35,276 bases of DNA from a virus (taxonomy: Duplodnaviria > Caudoviricetes). Both the position numbers and the translations under genes were made by a program. The notes beneath the pieces are model-generated. The model saw nothing but the letters and a program-made list of their open reading frames with translations, searched no databases and was not told the origin of the DNA. The stretch spans positions 1 to 35,276 of the IMG/VR virus record IMGVR_UViG_3300020042_007483; one strand, 5' to 3'. Shown here one piece after another: positions 8,570-18,357 of the stretch (within the stretch, counting starts at the first letter, position 1; each line of letters begins with the position of its first letter).

Positions 8570-10450
8570 ATGTCTATCAATCCAGAATCGTTTACATCAG
8601 ATCCTCTATCAAATAAACAAATCACTAATAGAGAAGGTGATGGTGTCAGCAGATCAACTGCTCCTCAAAATATAGTTGCAGGAAATCCTGCACCCTATTA
8701 TGAAGTGTCTGTAAAGGATAAACCGAGCACGGGCAGCGATCAGACGATCACACATACAGGACCCGGAGTAGGCATCGCAGGTGGAGTCGGCGATCCTAGC
8801 GACATGCAAGGATTCGTTTCTGCGACAGGAAACAAGATACTAATTGACAATAACTTTGGTTCTGATACAATAACATTACAACACCATTCTGGCGCTACTA
8901 TCATGATAGATGCGGATGGTTCTATCCATATGATATCTTCTGGCAAGAAGGGTGTAGGCCTTATCGCTCCAAAAGGTGATGCTACTGTATTTGCAAGAAA
9001 CCATCTGATTCTAAAAGCTGACGGCAGGATAACGATTGAGACAGACGGCGATCTTGATTTCAATGTCGGCGGCAATCTAGGATTACATGTACGTGGTGAC
9101 ATGATAACATCTGTCCGAGGTTCTTCAGAAGAATCTATCGAAGGAAGCAAAGTATTTGAAGTAGCAAAAGACATGAGCACGATGATCGCAGGTGACAACA
9201 GGATAACGTCTGCAGGTAAGACGAAGATACAATCATCGCAGAGCATTGACATGGACGCAGGCCTAGATATCTTCGTTAGGAGCGATGCTGCTATCTCGAT
9301 GCAAGCACAGAAAGAATTCACAGCATTGTCTTTGACTGACATGAATCTAGGAACAAAGACGAAGTTTACAGCGCTCGCTACAGGTGACATGAACTTAGGT
9401 TCGAAGGCAAAGGTTATTGCTAAGTCATCAGGTAATATGAGCATAGAATCAGGTGGCACATTTGATGTCAAAGCAGCTAGCACGACCAAGATATCATCCG
9501 GGGGTGACGCATCTATCCATTCTGCTTCTACTGTAGATGTGTTAGGTAGCGGAAAGATTCAGATCAAAGGATCTGCCACTGACGTTCAGGTAGGAGGATC
9601 TCCTAGCCTTTCGGCTCCATCTGATCCTGCAGATCCAGGAGAAGCATCTTTAGCTCAGTATGCCCCAGCAGAGACGATCATCGATAACATAACAACACAG
9701 AGAACCGCACCTGATTTTCCTAAGAATTCAAAGAAGATGTCCAAAGAAGAATTCTCCCTCTATAAGAACGAAGGCGGGACGCCGAACCAGATCGCTGAAG
9801 GCGCTGCATCAGGTAATTCTGGTGCTGGAATTGTTCCTGAGATCGTAGATACGGGAATGAGTGCAGAATCTGCATCTGAAGGTGATTATGACAGGCCAGC
9901 AGGAGCAGTCACGGGTACTGGGACCGCAGAGAAAAATCCAACACCCATGCCTTCATCAATATATAACTCAAGCGAAAAGATATCAAGACATGTCACTGTT
10001 GGCATGATATTAGATCTGAGAGATTGCCCTGCGTCTCAACATAAAGCAGTCCTCACAGAAGCAATGAATATTGCATGGAATATATTAGATCCTCTATTTG
10101 AGAAGTTTGGATCCAGGATGAAGATAACTAGCTGGTATAGGACATCTAAATCTACATCTAAGCACACGACCGGAGGAGCAGTAGATCTCAGATGTTCTAA
10201 CAAAGATGATACTTCATTTACAGCACAGATAGCTGCATATGTGAGGGATAATCTTCCGTACAGCAGGATATATCTAGAAAAGAATGATTCTCCTGGTATT
10301 CATGTACATCTCGAATCTGCTCAACCAGGACAGCCTGGCGGCGGATTAGTCATCACTTGTGCTGATCCAGGTTGCAAAAATTCACAACCAGGATTGCAAT
10401 TATCCTATGCACAAGCTGCTTTAAGGGGAAGAGTGGGAACCTATGGTTGA
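8570..10450 (+). CDS. gp5 C-terminal part: beta-helix spike fused to a Peptidase M15-type domain
   Basis: SATGNKILIDNNFGSDTITLQHHSGATIMIDADG, followed by 8-residue beta repeats; C-terminal ILDPL..KFG..KITSWYR...SKHTTGGAVDL...HVHL. Confidence 0.85.
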   Translation: MSINPESFTSDPLSNKQITNREGDGVSRSTAPQNIVAGNPAPYYEVSVKDKPSTGSDQTITHTGPGVGIAGGVGDPSDMQGFVSATGNKILIDNNFGSDTITLQHHSGATIMIDADGSIHMISSGKKGVGLIAPKGDATVFARNHLILKADGRITIETDGDLDFNVGGNLGLHVRGDMITSVRGSSEESIEGSKVFEVAKDMSTMIAGDNRITSAGKTKIQSSQSIDMDAGLDIFVRSDAAISMQAQKEFTALSLTDMNLGTKTKFTALATGDMNLGSKAKVIAKSSGNMSIESGGTFDVKAASTTKISSGGDASIHSASTVDVLGSGKIQIKGSATDVQVGGSPSLSAPSDPADPGEASLAQYAPAETIIDNITTQRTAPDFPKNSKKMSKEEFSLYKNEGGTPNQIAEGAASGNSGAGIVPEIVDTGMSAESASEGDYDRPAGAVTGTGTAEKNPTPMPSSIYNSSEKISRHVTVGMILDLRDCPASQHKAVLTEAMNIAWNILDPLFEKFGSRMKITSWYRTSKSTSKHTTGGAVDLRCSNKDDTSFTAQIAAYVRDNLPYSRIYLEKNDSPGIHVHLESAQPGQPGGGLVITCADPGCKNSQPGLQLSYAQAALRGRVGTYG

Positions 10451-12134
10451 TATTACTTTTACAGAAGACATATCTTCTGGCAATTTAGATCTCGCTGCTA
10501 GTCAAGCTAGAGCTAAGGCATACACACAAGCGATTGCTGATGCTGCTAATCAGACAGCAACAGGAACTTTTAAATTACCAGATACAAGCACGTTTACGTA
10601 TACTGCATATCCTGCTTCTCAAACAACAGGATCGTCACCTCCTGCAGGATCTTCTAGCGGCAGCAATCAGATTTTAAACAGTGATATCACAGCAGCAATG
10701 CAAAGAGGTGATATACAGAGACCTGGATTCTATGGCAATCAAGAATTAAAAGAATCTAATGATTTTTTTAATACAGCAATCAACATAGGAGCACAATTAT
10801 TAGGAGTTGCTGCTGCATTGAAATTAGCAGGACCTCCGCCTGTCAACTATGTACGTACTCCTCAAAATTATATCCTCACTGATCTAGAAAAAGCTGTTAT
10901 CCTATCTAAATCTACTGAGCTCGCTTCTTTTGGAGTCGTTCCTCAAGATACCTTAGAGAATTTCTTTTACATACTTGCAGCAAACCAGAACCAGAACGAT
11001 CTCGAATATATCGCAAATGTTATCGGAATTCCTGATCTTGGACAGCCGAGATATATCAGAAACATAAGAGACATCACTCAGATACAAGATATCTATAAGG
11101 TTGGATATTTAGCAAACGGAATCGCATCTGTTAATCAAAGGTATGCACCACAATATACCAATATACAACGATATGATGATTATACTCAGAGCAGTGGTGG
11201 TGATATCTTATCTGCGGCAGCTCTCGGAATATCATTGGGTGTGATAGGCCCGTCTATCATCGAGACAGCTGGAATATACAATGCACATTCAGGCATCCTC
11301 AAGAATGCTCCTGCATTATCGACTGCTGCAATCAACCAATCTATCAACCTGTATTCTGGATTATCGAGCGGCATCGCTTTGGATCCTAATACGATCAGTG
11401 CTGTCTTGAATCCGACAGCTACCATACAATCACAGGCTACGATGATAGCAGCTTCAGCAATCACCAGCCTCCTAGGAGCAACACCTCTAGGAGGTGTGCT
11501 AAGTTCTTTAGGACCCTTGGGTGGAATTGCTATGGGAGTCCTGTTACAACAAGTCGGAGGCAATGCAGTAGGTAGCTTCATGTCTGAGGTATTGACGGGG
11601 AAAAGGATCGCATCTTCAACGATAGCAAATAATCCTATGCTGACACCACCTTCTATGGCGGGTAAGAGTTTCTTCGGTGAGGCTCCGATATCGCTTCCTG
11701 CAGTCGATCAAGTGTTCTGTAGGAAGATAGGAGCATTCGGGGCTCCTAGCGGCGGCACGGGCGTTGTTAGTTTTGGAATGCAGAATTTTGCCTCCATGGG
11801 CGGATCTTTATCTATCGCATCTGTAGTATCTAACCTAGTGACAGGATCATCTGCTATACCATCACCGACTACTTTTTATGGACAGCAAGTAGCAACGATG
11901 ACATCCGACCTTTGCAACAATATGAACGTCCCTATAACATCTATGATCGAGATGAGAAGATCAGACAATGCTATACCATTGATGCTCGGGATGAGTGCTG
12001 TGATGGTCGGAGAGAACTTCTCTCCATTTGGGTCTAAACCTATGACACAAGGATGGGCATTAGCATCTTCTACTGCTAATGACATCCAAAAATACAATCC
12101 GCAATATCTAAATGCTTGTCGGACATCATTATAA
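10443..12134 (+). CDS. Hypothetical 563 aa Ala/Gly/Ser-rich protein with hydrophobic segments
   Basis: Long ORF overlapping the spike gene stop and ending at the gp25 promoter; no family recognised. Confidence 0.8.
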   Translation: MVDITFTEDISSGNLDLAASQARAKAYTQAIADAANQTATGTFKLPDTSTFTYTAYPASQTTGSSPPAGSSSGSNQILNSDITAAMQRGDIQRPGFYGNQELKESNDFFNTAINIGAQLLGVAAALKLAGPPPVNYVRTPQNYILTDLEKAVILSKSTELASFGVVPQDTLENFFYILAANQNQNDLEYIANVIGIPDLGQPRYIRNIRDITQIQDIYKVGYLANGIASVNQRYAPQYTNIQRYDDYTQSSGGDILSAAALGISLGVIGPSIIETAGIYNAHSGILKNAPALSTAAINQSINLYSGLSSGIALDPNTISAVLNPTATIQSQATMIAASAITSLLGATPLGGVLSSLGPLGGIAMGVLLQQVGGNAVGSFMSEVLTGKRIASSTIANNPMLTPPSMAGKSFFGEAPISLPAVDQVFCRKIGAFGAPSGGTGVVSFGMQNFASMGGSLSIASVVSNLVTGSSAIPSPTTFYGQQVATMTSDLCNNMNVPITSMIEMRRSDNAIPLMLGMSAVMVGENFSPFGSKPMTQGWALASSTANDIQKYNPQYLNACRTSL

Positions 12135-12137
12135 ATA
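12130..12137 (+). promoter_or_regulatory. T4-type late promoter immediately upstream of gp25
   Basis: Exact TATAAATA inside a 17-mer (CATTATAAATATACGAT) identical to 4297-4313. Confidence 0.8.
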
Positions 12138-12141
12138 TACG

Positions 12142-12531
12142 ATGGCAAGCACAGTATTCTATTCAGATATACCCACTAATTTTGATATCCATCCTATAAA
12201 ACAGGATATGGTATTGATAACCAATGAGGTTGCGGTAAAAAGATCTGTTAGAAATCTTTTATTGACAGATCCTTATGAGAGGTTCTTTAATCCAGGATTA
12301 GGTTCAGGTATACGCCAGACACTGTTTGAGAATATAAGTCAAGATAGTGAATATATCTTAAAAGAAAAGATCGCAGAGACCATAAACAATTATGAACCTA
12401 GAGCTCGTCTTATAAGCGTAACTGCAAAGGGATTTCCTGATGATAATGCTTATGAAGTAACTATCGTATTTTCGCTAGTCAATAATATATCACCAATAAC
12501 ATTAGATTTCGTCTTAAGAAGAGTAAGATAA
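12142..12531 (+). CDS. gp25: Baseplate wedge subunit gp25 (start moved from 12112 to 12142)
   Basis: YSDI...HP...D......NEVAVKRSVRNLLLT.PYERFFNP.LGS...LFE...INNYEPRA. The 12142 start avoids the upstream overlap and lies downstream of the promoter. Confidence 0.93.
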   Translation: MASTVFYSDIPTNFDIHPIKQDMVLITNEVAVKRSVRNLLLTDPYERFFNPGLGSGIRQTLFENISQDSEYILKEKIAETINNYEPRARLISVTAKGFPDDNAYEVTIVFSLVNNISPITLDFVLRRVR

Positions 12532-14376
12532 ATGGCTAACACAGGATTCCTAGACGTATCAGAATTGAGTTTTGATGGCATCAAAAACAACCTCAAAACC
12601 TTTATGAAATCTAAGACACAATTTAAAGATTATGATTTTGAAGGATCTAATCTTAATTCTCTGTTAGATGTATTGTCCTACAACACATACATGAATGCCT
12701 TTTATCTCAACATGATAGGCAGCGAGATGTTCTTAGACTCTTCACAATTAAGGAATTCAGTCGTATCTCACGCAAAAGAATTAAACTACATACCTAGATC
12801 AAGAACATCAGCAAGAGCAAGAGTCATATTTTCAATAAACACCGGAGCTGATGCTCCTGACAATGTAGTGATCCCAGAAAATTATACCTTAAGATCAGTG
12901 GTTGATGGGATCAATATGGATTTTACGACCAATGAGCAGATAACGATCAATAGGACTGATGGTGAGTATGTGACCGATCCTGTGTATATATATGAAGGAA
13001 AGATCGTATATGAATTCTTTACAGTAGACGGATCTGTTAGATATACTCTCAGTTCATTGAATATCGATACGAACAGCATTCAAGTCACGGTGATCAACTC
13101 AGCATCGGATTCGTCGAATTCTGTATATACAAAAGCAGATACATTATACGGATTGAATTCGAATTCACAAATATACTTCGTTCAAGGCTACAGTAACGAT
13201 CAATATGAGATAGTATTTGGTGACGGGATTTCTGGCAAAGTATTGACTAACGGGAACATAGTAAAAGTCAAATACAGATCTACTAACGGCGAGTTAGGCA
13301 ATAAGGTTGTGTATTTTGCCCCTACTTCTAAAGTAGGAGATGCATCAACATATCCTGTGACTGTGACAACTAATATATCTGCAGCAGACGGTTCTGAGAG
13401 AGAAACAATAGAATCGATGAAGCTAAATGCTCCTAGACATTTTGCTGCTCAAAATAGGGCTGTCACCAAAGATGATTATACGACTCTAATCATTGAAAAG
13501 TACCCACAGATCAAGACAGTCAATGTATACGGAGGAGAGAATGCTGATCCTCCTCAGTACGGCAAGGTCATCATCAGCATGATTCCGTACGGAAATTTCC
13601 CTGTCGTCTCTACAGAACTAAAGACAGATATCATAGCCTATCTCAGATCAAAGAGCATCACGACAGAACCTGTGATCAAAGATCCTGAATACATGTATAT
13701 CGAGATCCAATCTATCATCAGCTACAATCCTTCATTGACTACTAAAAGCACACAGTCACTCAAATCAGACGTATTAAATCAGATAAAATCATATGAAGCT
13801 ACATATCTGAATGATTTTGGAAATGATCTTCGCAAATCTAAATTATCTTCTATGATTGATTCTGCAGATGCATCGATAGTCAGCAACCAGACGACACTTC
13901 GTGCAGTCTATATAATAACTCCTAGAAAAGGTACTCAACAGAGGATCAATTTCTCATTTTCAAATCCTTTATCTAGGCCTTTGCGTGCCCCTTATATCAT
14001 CAACGAGATCGAATGCGTCAGAAGCACACCATTCGATTATTTCAAAGATGGCGTATATTATAATGCTACTACATCTCAAGGTCAGGTCACGCTCAGCGAT
14101 GACGGCAACGGAAAAATAAGATTGTATTATATCGAGAGAAGAGAAGATACTACAACCGGAATCGTCTCGATAGTTCAGCAGATATTAGAATCTGATATAG
14201 GGACTGTCAACTATATTACGGGTGAACTATCGTTCGATCTGAATCCTTATGATTATGATACGAATATAAAGATATTTGGTAAAGTAATAAATGATGATAT
14301 CGTAGTTCAAGAAAGCAAATATCTCAAGATAGATTATGACCAAATTGGGATAGCTGTAAGCACATATAGACAATAA
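12532..14376 (+). CDS. gp6: Baseplate wedge subunit gp6
   Basis: LSFDGIKNNLK.F......FKDYDFEGSNL..LLDVLSYNTY, EMFLDS, SVVSHAKELNYIPRS, FGDG, QNRAVT..DY, PPQYGKV and GTVNY.TG motifs. Confidence 0.95.
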   Translation: MANTGFLDVSELSFDGIKNNLKTFMKSKTQFKDYDFEGSNLNSLLDVLSYNTYMNAFYLNMIGSEMFLDSSQLRNSVVSHAKELNYIPRSRTSARARVIFSINTGADAPDNVVIPENYTLRSVVDGINMDFTTNEQITINRTDGEYVTDPVYIYEGKIVYEFFTVDGSVRYTLSSLNIDTNSIQVTVINSASDSSNSVYTKADTLYGLNSNSQIYFVQGYSNDQYEIVFGDGISGKVLTNGNIVKVKYRSTNGELGNKVVYFAPTSKVGDASTYPVTVTTNISAADGSERETIESMKLNAPRHFAAQNRAVTKDDYTTLIIEKYPQIKTVNVYGGENADPPQYGKVIISMIPYGNFPVVSTELKTDIIAYLRSKSITTEPVIKDPEYMYIEIQSIISYNPSLTTKSTQSLKSDVLNQIKSYEATYLNDFGNDLRKSKLSSMIDSADASIVSNQTTLRAVYIITPRKGTQQRINFSFSNPLSRPLRAPYIINEIECVRSTPFDYFKDGVYYNATTSQGQVTLSDDGNGKIRLYYIERREDTTTGIVSIVQQILESDIGTVNYITGELSFDLNPYDYDTNIKIFGKVINDDIVVQESKYLKIDYDQIGIAVSTYRQ

Positions 14377-16307
14377 TGATAACAGATCTAAAAAACATCG
14401 CCCCGTTAGTAAAGAATCAGTTTCCTGACTTCTATAGAGAAGAGGGTGATAACTTCCTGCAGTTTATATCTGCTTATTATGAATGGATGGATGAGCAAGG
14501 TCCTATAAAAAAATCTAGAAATCTGATTGAGACTTCAGATATTGATTCTGTTAGCGAAGAATATATAGATTTTTTCTTTTCAAAATACATGAACGGGCTC
14601 CCTAAAGATATCCTTTCGAATAAATCGCTGCTAGAAAAACACATATTAGATGTGTATAGATCAAAGGGTTCTATAGAAGGTTTGAAGCTGCTATTCAGAC
14701 TCTTGTATAATATAGAGATACAAGTATTCATCCCGCAAGATGATGTCCTCACGTTATCTGGGGGAAACTGGGTCAGGAAAGAATACGTCGAAGTAGAAGA
14801 AAGAGAATTAAATCATACGTATGACAATCAGCTAGTACGAGGAACAACATCAGGTGCTCGTGCTTACGTATCATCGATAGCTACGATCAATAATGATTAC
14901 GGATTCGCACATATATTCTATCTCACGGATATAATGACAGGTCCTAGCGGAAGTTCGTTTATTCCTGGCGAATATCTAATGTATGATGGATTAGATATCA
15001 GACAAGCGACCTTGATCCGGGGATCTGTCGTCGGAGCGGTCGTAGTTGATTCTGATGAGGATCATAATAGCGGAGATATACTATTCACTGAAAGCACATC
15101 AGGATCTGGATTACAGTTTGAAGTCAAAAAGTTAGTAGATCCTGAATCTGCTATAGGATACATTAATTTTAAGATAATCGATGGCGGATACGGATATGCT
15201 ATAGATACGCCAGTAACTGTAGTTCGTAAGTCTTCTTCTACAGGTATCGGGGCAAGTTTTAAAGTTGGCTCTATATCTAACACATCTATTTTTACATATA
15301 ATACTAACCTGATCGATCCGGAAGCAAACACTATCATCGCTCCTGCTAACACACAGTTCAATGCTAATAGTGCTGTCACAGGTGGTGCAAGCACAGGATT
15401 GACGACTGATGCAAACAGCACGATAATCGTCACTAATGCTAACACGTTCCAATACGGCAGGGGTGTAGTATACACAGCTCTTGCAGGAAATACAGCAATA
15501 ACAGGTCTTGCTAACAATACTCTATATTACGTACAGCATTCGAATGATACTGTGATCGCTCTCTCGACGACTGTAGGCGGATCAAGGATCACGCTTACTC
15601 CTGCACAGGTTAGTGGCGACCGAGCAAATGGACATTATTTTCAAGCAAACACTCAATTCAGCGCGAATCTCAATGTTGGTACTATCAATTCTGTCCTAGG
15701 CAACTGTCTTGCTGATACTACGTTGGAGATAGGAAAGATAGCATCATTGTCAGCTGTCACATCGGGTGATCATAATTATAACGGATCAGTTCAACCTACA
15801 GTATTTGAAAAGAGGATATGGGGCTATAATATAGTAGATGAGGATGGCAACCTGTGGGGTAATAATGCTGTCATAGTCGGAAATCTTGCTTCTGGTAATG
15901 GTGTTATTCAAGAAGTTATACTTTTATCCTCGGGGTATACTTTCAATACACCTAATGAAGAATTGCTTTTCGTTAATCAATCTAATAACGGCATCACTAC
16001 AGTGCTTTCTATGATAGTTGACGGTGTTGCTAAAGAAGAAGGCGAGTGGTTAGATAGTAGCGGGTTCTTAAATGCGGATAAATACATAACTGACAGTGAT
16101 TACTATCAAGAATTTTCATATGAGATCCAAGTAGAAAAATCTTTAGATAAATATATTGATGTGATCAAAAAACTAACTCATCCTGTAGGAAATAAGATGT
16201 TCGGTAAACCTTTGATAATAGATACGAATAAATTTGAGCAGAAAATATTAGTTGAAGCAACTACAACTTATAATGCTAGAGGCGTTATAATCTCATCAAG
16301 CGAGTAA
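14376..16307 (+). CDS. gp7: Baseplate wedge initiator, gp7-like
   Basis: QFPDFYRE....F.QFI.AYYEW, YRSKGS...LKLLFRLLY and C-terminal DSDYYQEFSYEI...HPVG.KMFG. Confidence 0.85.
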   Translation: MITDLKNIAPLVKNQFPDFYREEGDNFLQFISAYYEWMDEQGPIKKSRNLIETSDIDSVSEEYIDFFFSKYMNGLPKDILSNKSLLEKHILDVYRSKGSIEGLKLLFRLLYNIEIQVFIPQDDVLTLSGGNWVRKEYVEVEERELNHTYDNQLVRGTTSGARAYVSSIATINNDYGFAHIFYLTDIMTGPSGSSFIPGEYLMYDGLDIRQATLIRGSVVGAVVVDSDEDHNSGDILFTESTSGSGLQFEVKKLVDPESAIGYINFKIIDGGYGYAIDTPVTVVRKSSSTGIGASFKVGSISNTSIFTYNTNLIDPEANTIIAPANTQFNANSAVTGGASTGLTTDANSTIIVTNANTFQYGRGVVYTALAGNTAITGLANNTLYYVQHSNDTVIALSTTVGGSRITLTPAQVSGDRANGHYFQANTQFSANLNVGTINSVLGNCLADTTLEIGKIASLSAVTSGDHNYNGSVQPTVFEKRIWGYNIVDEDGNLWGNNAVIVGNLASGNGVIQEVILLSSGYTFNTPNEELLFVNQSNNGITTVLSMIVDGVAKEEGEWLDSSGFLNADKYITDSDYYQEFSYEIQVEKSLDKYIDVIKKLTHPVGNKMFGKPLIIDTNKFEQKILVEATTTYNARGVIISSSE

Positions 16308-16314
16308 TGTAAAT

Positions 16315-18351
16315 ATGGCTGGAATATTCAACAGGAACATCAAAAATAAATTCATAGAAGAGGTGAGGCAGGATCTTGTTGGCGATGGGTCAGTTGTTAC
16401 AGCCATTGATATAACTTCTGCCGGTACCGGATATGCTGCTAATGCGACTGTTTCATTCGAATTTGGCGCAGCAATTGCATCTAGTGTAGCGAGCAGCGCG
16501 GGAAAGATAACATCTGCATCTGTCGCATATGGCGGGACTTTTTATCAATCAACACCTAGTATCACATTTTCTGCTCCATTATCCGAGAGCTTTAATGCAA
16601 ATTCTGCAGTGACTAATGGCGTTAGCACCGGATTGTCTACAGATGCTAATAGCACGATCAGCGTCGCATTCGTTTCAGCTGAATTCAATACGCCGGTTTT
16701 TGAAGTCGGTGATGCTATCATATATACTACCAGCACGGGAAACACAGCAATATCACCATTGACAAGCGGGACTACTTATTATGTTCAGCATGCTAATACA
16801 ACAAAGATTGCTCTAGCCATAACCCCTACCGGAGATAGAATAACACTAACTAAAGGATTTACAGAATCCGGACATTCACTTCGGGGTGTCACAGCGACAG
16901 GGACCTCGACAATTGCTAGTTCTGGCTCAAATTATTATATCACCTTTGGTAAGTTTTTTGAATGGGATGACGATAATAATCCTCCGGCTACGAATACTTC
17001 TATAAAAGAATCATTCTATGACGTATATTCTAACATGCTATTCGGCAAAAAGGTATCTGAAAATGATATCGGATATATCGCTAAAAGAATAACATGGACA
17101 ACAGGTACTGTATATGATTATTATTCGCATCTAGATCCTGATCTATATCAAAAGAATTTTTATGTAGTTAATAGCTTAAATAGGGTATATAAATGTATAT
17201 TCAATAATTATGGAGCTACATCTACAGTAGAGCCTAATACTACACAAACTTCAGGAACATTTACTTTAGCTGACGGATACATCTGGAAATTTCTATTTAA
17301 TATACCAGGAGCATCTATCAATAAATTTAGTACCGCTACTTATTTTCCTGTCGTTCCTAATAGCACAGTTGCTAGGCAAGCTATAAAAGGTGCCATACAC
17401 AACACAGTATTGACAAATACGGGTAAAAACTATATTAGCGCAAATGGTAGCATAGATGTCGTCATTGATACAAAGAACTTTAAGGTAGCAAATTCCGGTG
17501 CTTCTATAATCAACGGAGCGTATGCCGGATCATCGTTATATGTATATTCAGGAACAGGTTCACCTGCATTGGCCGTCATTGACAGTTATGTAGTCAATAC
17601 ATCAGGTAAGTTCGTCACGACTTCTTCAGACATCAATGGGTTAGATAGCACATCATTATATAGGATTAATCCTAGGGTACTTATCACAGGTGATGGGACG
17701 GGTGCTTCAGCGTATTCCCTGATAGATTCAGATACTGGTAAATTACAATCGATAAATATGCTCAATACGGGCAGGAATTATTCTTATGCTACGGTCACTA
17801 TATCTGCTAATGCAGAATTTGGATCAGGCGGTACAGCATATTCTATAATATCTCCTCCTGGCGGACACGGGTCTGATGTAATTTCTGAATTAGGGACAGA
17901 TATAATGGGCATATCTGTCGAAACTAAACCTACAGACGAATTTCCTAGCTGGGCAACATATCGTCAGATCGGTCTGTTATTTAATCCTACAGCATCTTCA
18001 AATTCTACGTTGTTTTCTAGTTTGAAATTTGACTACATGTTGAATTTCGAACTGTTCAATACGACAGACATATTTAATGCAGGAGATACTATAAGAGGAT
18101 TGCTCAGCAAAGCTACTGCCACTGTCGCATTTATGAATACCACTTCGATGTATGTCTTAAATTCTGAAGGTAGTTTCAGATCATATGAGACTATAATATC
18201 GGGTGATACTGGTAAAACTTGTACGATTACTATTATAAATAATCCTGAGTTGGTGCCATATTCAGGTGAGATATTCTATTATAAGAATATTCAACCCATC
18301 AATAGAGCTAGCATCACTAAAGAACAAGTAAAACTATATTTTAATTTTTAA
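16315..18351 (+). CDS. gp8: Baseplate wedge subunit, gp8-like, with insertions
   Basis: W.DDNNPP, KRITWTTGTVYDYY, FYVVN...VYKCIFNN, DGYIWKFLF, PPGGHG, YRQIGL..NP and YSGEIFY..NI.PI.R motifs. Confidence 0.88.
   Translation: MAGIFNRNIKNKFIEEVRQDLVGDGSVVTAIDITSAGTGYAANATVSFEFGAAIASSVASSAGKITSASVAYGGTFYQSTPSITFSAPLSESFNANSAVTNGVSTGLSTDANSTISVAFVSAEFNTPVFEVGDAIIYTTSTGNTAISPLTSGTTYYVQHANTTKIALAITPTGDRITLTKGFTESGHSLRGVTATGTSTIASSGSNYYITFGKFFEWDDDNNPPATNTSIKESFYDVYSNMLFGKKVSENDIGYIAKRITWTTGTVYDYYSHLDPDLYQKNFYVVNSLNRVYKCIFNNYGATSTVEPNTTQTSGTFTLADGYIWKFLFNIPGASINKFSTATYFPVVPNSTVARQAIKGAIHNTVLTNTGKNYISANGSIDVVIDTKNFKVANSGASIINGAYAGSSLYVYSGTGSPALAVIDSYVVNTSGKFVTTSSDINGLDSTSLYRINPRVLITGDGTGASAYSLIDSDTGKLQSINMLNTGRNYSYATVTISANAEFGSGGTAYSIISPPGGHGSDVISELGTDIMGISVETKPTDEFPSWATYRQIGLLFNPTASSNSTLFSSLKFDYMLNFELFNTTDIFNAGDTIRGLLSKATATVAFMNTTSMYVLNSEGSFRSYETIISGDTGKTCTITIINNPELVPYSGEIFYYKNIQPINRASITKEQVKLYFNF
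18234..18241 (+). promoter_or_regulatory. Probable late promoter inside the 3' end of gp8
   Basis: Exact TATAAATA about 120 nt upstream of the VrlC-like gene start. Confidence 0.55.
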
Positions 18352-18357
18352 GGAAAT

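Noticed and set aside
8740-9489. 249 aa antisense ORF, and the other antisense or nested ORFs in the track
   Set aside because: They lie wholly opposite or inside well-supported genes and have no recognisable motifs.
4339-18351. Bacterial contractile injection system (eCIS/T6SS/tailocin)
   Set aside because: gp2 and gp4 head-related genes, T4 late promoters and T4-type gp6/gp7/gp8 indicate a genuine phage.
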